Positions 63,229 through 64,000 of a stretch of DNA of 64,000 nt are shown piece by piece. Position numbers and translations under genes: made by a program. The stretch is taken from the IMG/VR virus record IMGVR_UViG_3300027608_000020. One strand, given 5' to 3'. The notes beneath the pieces were generated by a model. The model had not been told where the DNA came from, did not search any database, and saw only the letters and a program-made list of their open reading frames with translations. Each line of letters starts with the position of its first letter. Position 1 is the first letter of the stretch. Source of the DNA: a virus. Its lineage: Duplodnaviria > Heunggongvirae > Uroviricota > Caudoviricetes.

Positions 63229-64000
63229 TGTTAGAACCAGATAAAAGTTTAACTGTAATCTTTGAACGAGCTGTAGAATTAGCTACAAAGTATAAACACG
63301 AGTTTCTTACACTAGAACATTTTTTGCATAGTCTATTAGAAGATGAAAAGTTTAAAGAACTTTTAACAAGTTACGGATCCGAAGTTAGTTTACTACAGAA
63401 AGATATCGAAATCTTTCTAAATAAAGAACTAAAAGAAATTATTAATGCAGAATTTGATGATAAACCAAAGAAAACACATTCTATGGAAAGAATGTTGAAT
63501 AGAGCATTTACACAAGTATTGTTTAGCGGACGATCTAAGATTGAACCTATTGATTGTTTCCTTAGCATATTCAGTGAAAAGAAAAGCCATGCATTGTATT
63601 TTATGCGTAAAGCTAAAATTGATAAAGACAAGTTTATTGATTTTCTAAACAAGGAAGGATCTAATACAGATGATATAGATTCCGAAGAAGTTAGTAACAG
63701 ACATTTAGAAAAAATCATTGTGCAATATTGCACAAGTCTAACTGCTAAAGTTAAGGCTAAACAAATAGATCCGGTAATTGGCCGTGAAAAAGAAATTGAA
63801 GAAATTACTCTTGTTCTTGCACGTAGAACCAAGGCTAATGTTATGATGATCGGAGATCCTGGTGTAGGTAAGACTGCTATTGCAGAAGGTCTAGCACGTA
63901 GGATTGAAGAAGGCAACGTTCCTAAGTTTATTAAAGATCATACAGTTTATAGTTTGGATATTAGTGCCATGCTTGCCGGAAGCAAGTATCGTGGAGACTT
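63228..64000 (+). CDS. ClpA/ClpB-family AAA+ chaperone, N-terminal part (3' end outside the window)
   Basis: ATG overlaps the def stop (TGATG); Clp N-domain LTLEHFLHSLL; IDPVIGREKEIEE...GDPGVGKTAIAEGLARRI...GSKYRGD. Confidence 0.75.
   Translation, partial: MLEPDKSLTVIFERAVELATKYKHEFLTLEHFLHSLLEDEKFKELLTSYGSEVSLLQKDIEIFLNKELKEIINAEFDDKPKKTHSMERMLNRAFTQVLFSGRSKIEPIDCFLSIFSEKKSHALYFMRKAKIDKDKFIDFLNKEGSNTDDIDSEEVSNRHLEKIIVQYCTSLTAKVKAKQIDPVIGREKEIEEITLVLARRTKANVMMIGDPGVGKTAIAEGLARRIEEGNVPKFIKDHTVYSLDISAMLAGSKYRGD

Noticed and set aside
63371-63916. minus-strand 181-aa ORF near the window end
   Set aside because: It is antisense to the strongly supported ClpA-like gene (GxPGxGKT, GSKYRGD on the + strand).
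1-64000. CRISPR arrays, integrase/transposase genes, prophage att sites
   Set aside because: No direct-repeat/spacer arrays or recombinase signatures were seen. The only tmRNA-like 3' end is accompanied by a full coding piece, so it was not interpreted as an attP fragment.

Overview
This window looks like part of a large (jumbo-type) bacteriophage genome, about 38% GC. Genes are densely packed on the + strand, and most are transcribed from consensus sigma70-like promoters (TTGACA-17-TATAAT). A tRNA gene array of roughly 30 tRNAs sits at about 3.9-7.75 kb, and additional scattered tRNAs bring the total to about 40. The array contains several repeated hairpin elements that have not been described. 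The best-supported novel items are: (1) a permuted two-piece tmRNA gene (acceptor piece then coding piece, tag ANDEQFALAA, with its own terminator) at about 19.38-19.72 kb; (2) three paralogous 77-nt short-variable-arm tRNAs with anticodons CAA/TAG/TAA (all leucine codons), alongside a canonical long-arm tRNA-Leu(TAG) and a deleted remnant of a fourth family member; (3) a 24-codon PqqA-like precursor-peptide micro-ORF with its own RBS and terminator; (4) a RuBisCO large-subunit-like protein in a sugar-nucleotide gene neighbourhood; (5) an RpoZ (RNAP omega) homologue, a SufC/SufD-like pair and a radical-SAM gene; (6) four copies of a covarying hairpin repeat punctuating the tRNA array. Other recognisable functions: ClpP, a ClpA-like ATPase, DnaJ, peptide deformylase, a GroES-like co-chaperonin, PhoH, an RFC-like clamp loader, MazG, dCMP deaminase, UDP-xylose synthase, UvdE, a D-Ala-D-Ala carboxypeptidase, a GH19 endolysin with spanin-like genes, and a 1943-aa fibre or adhesin protein. 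All coordinates are from manual reading of the sequence. tRNA boundaries and anticodons were hand-folded and should be checked with tRNAscan-SE/ARAGORN.
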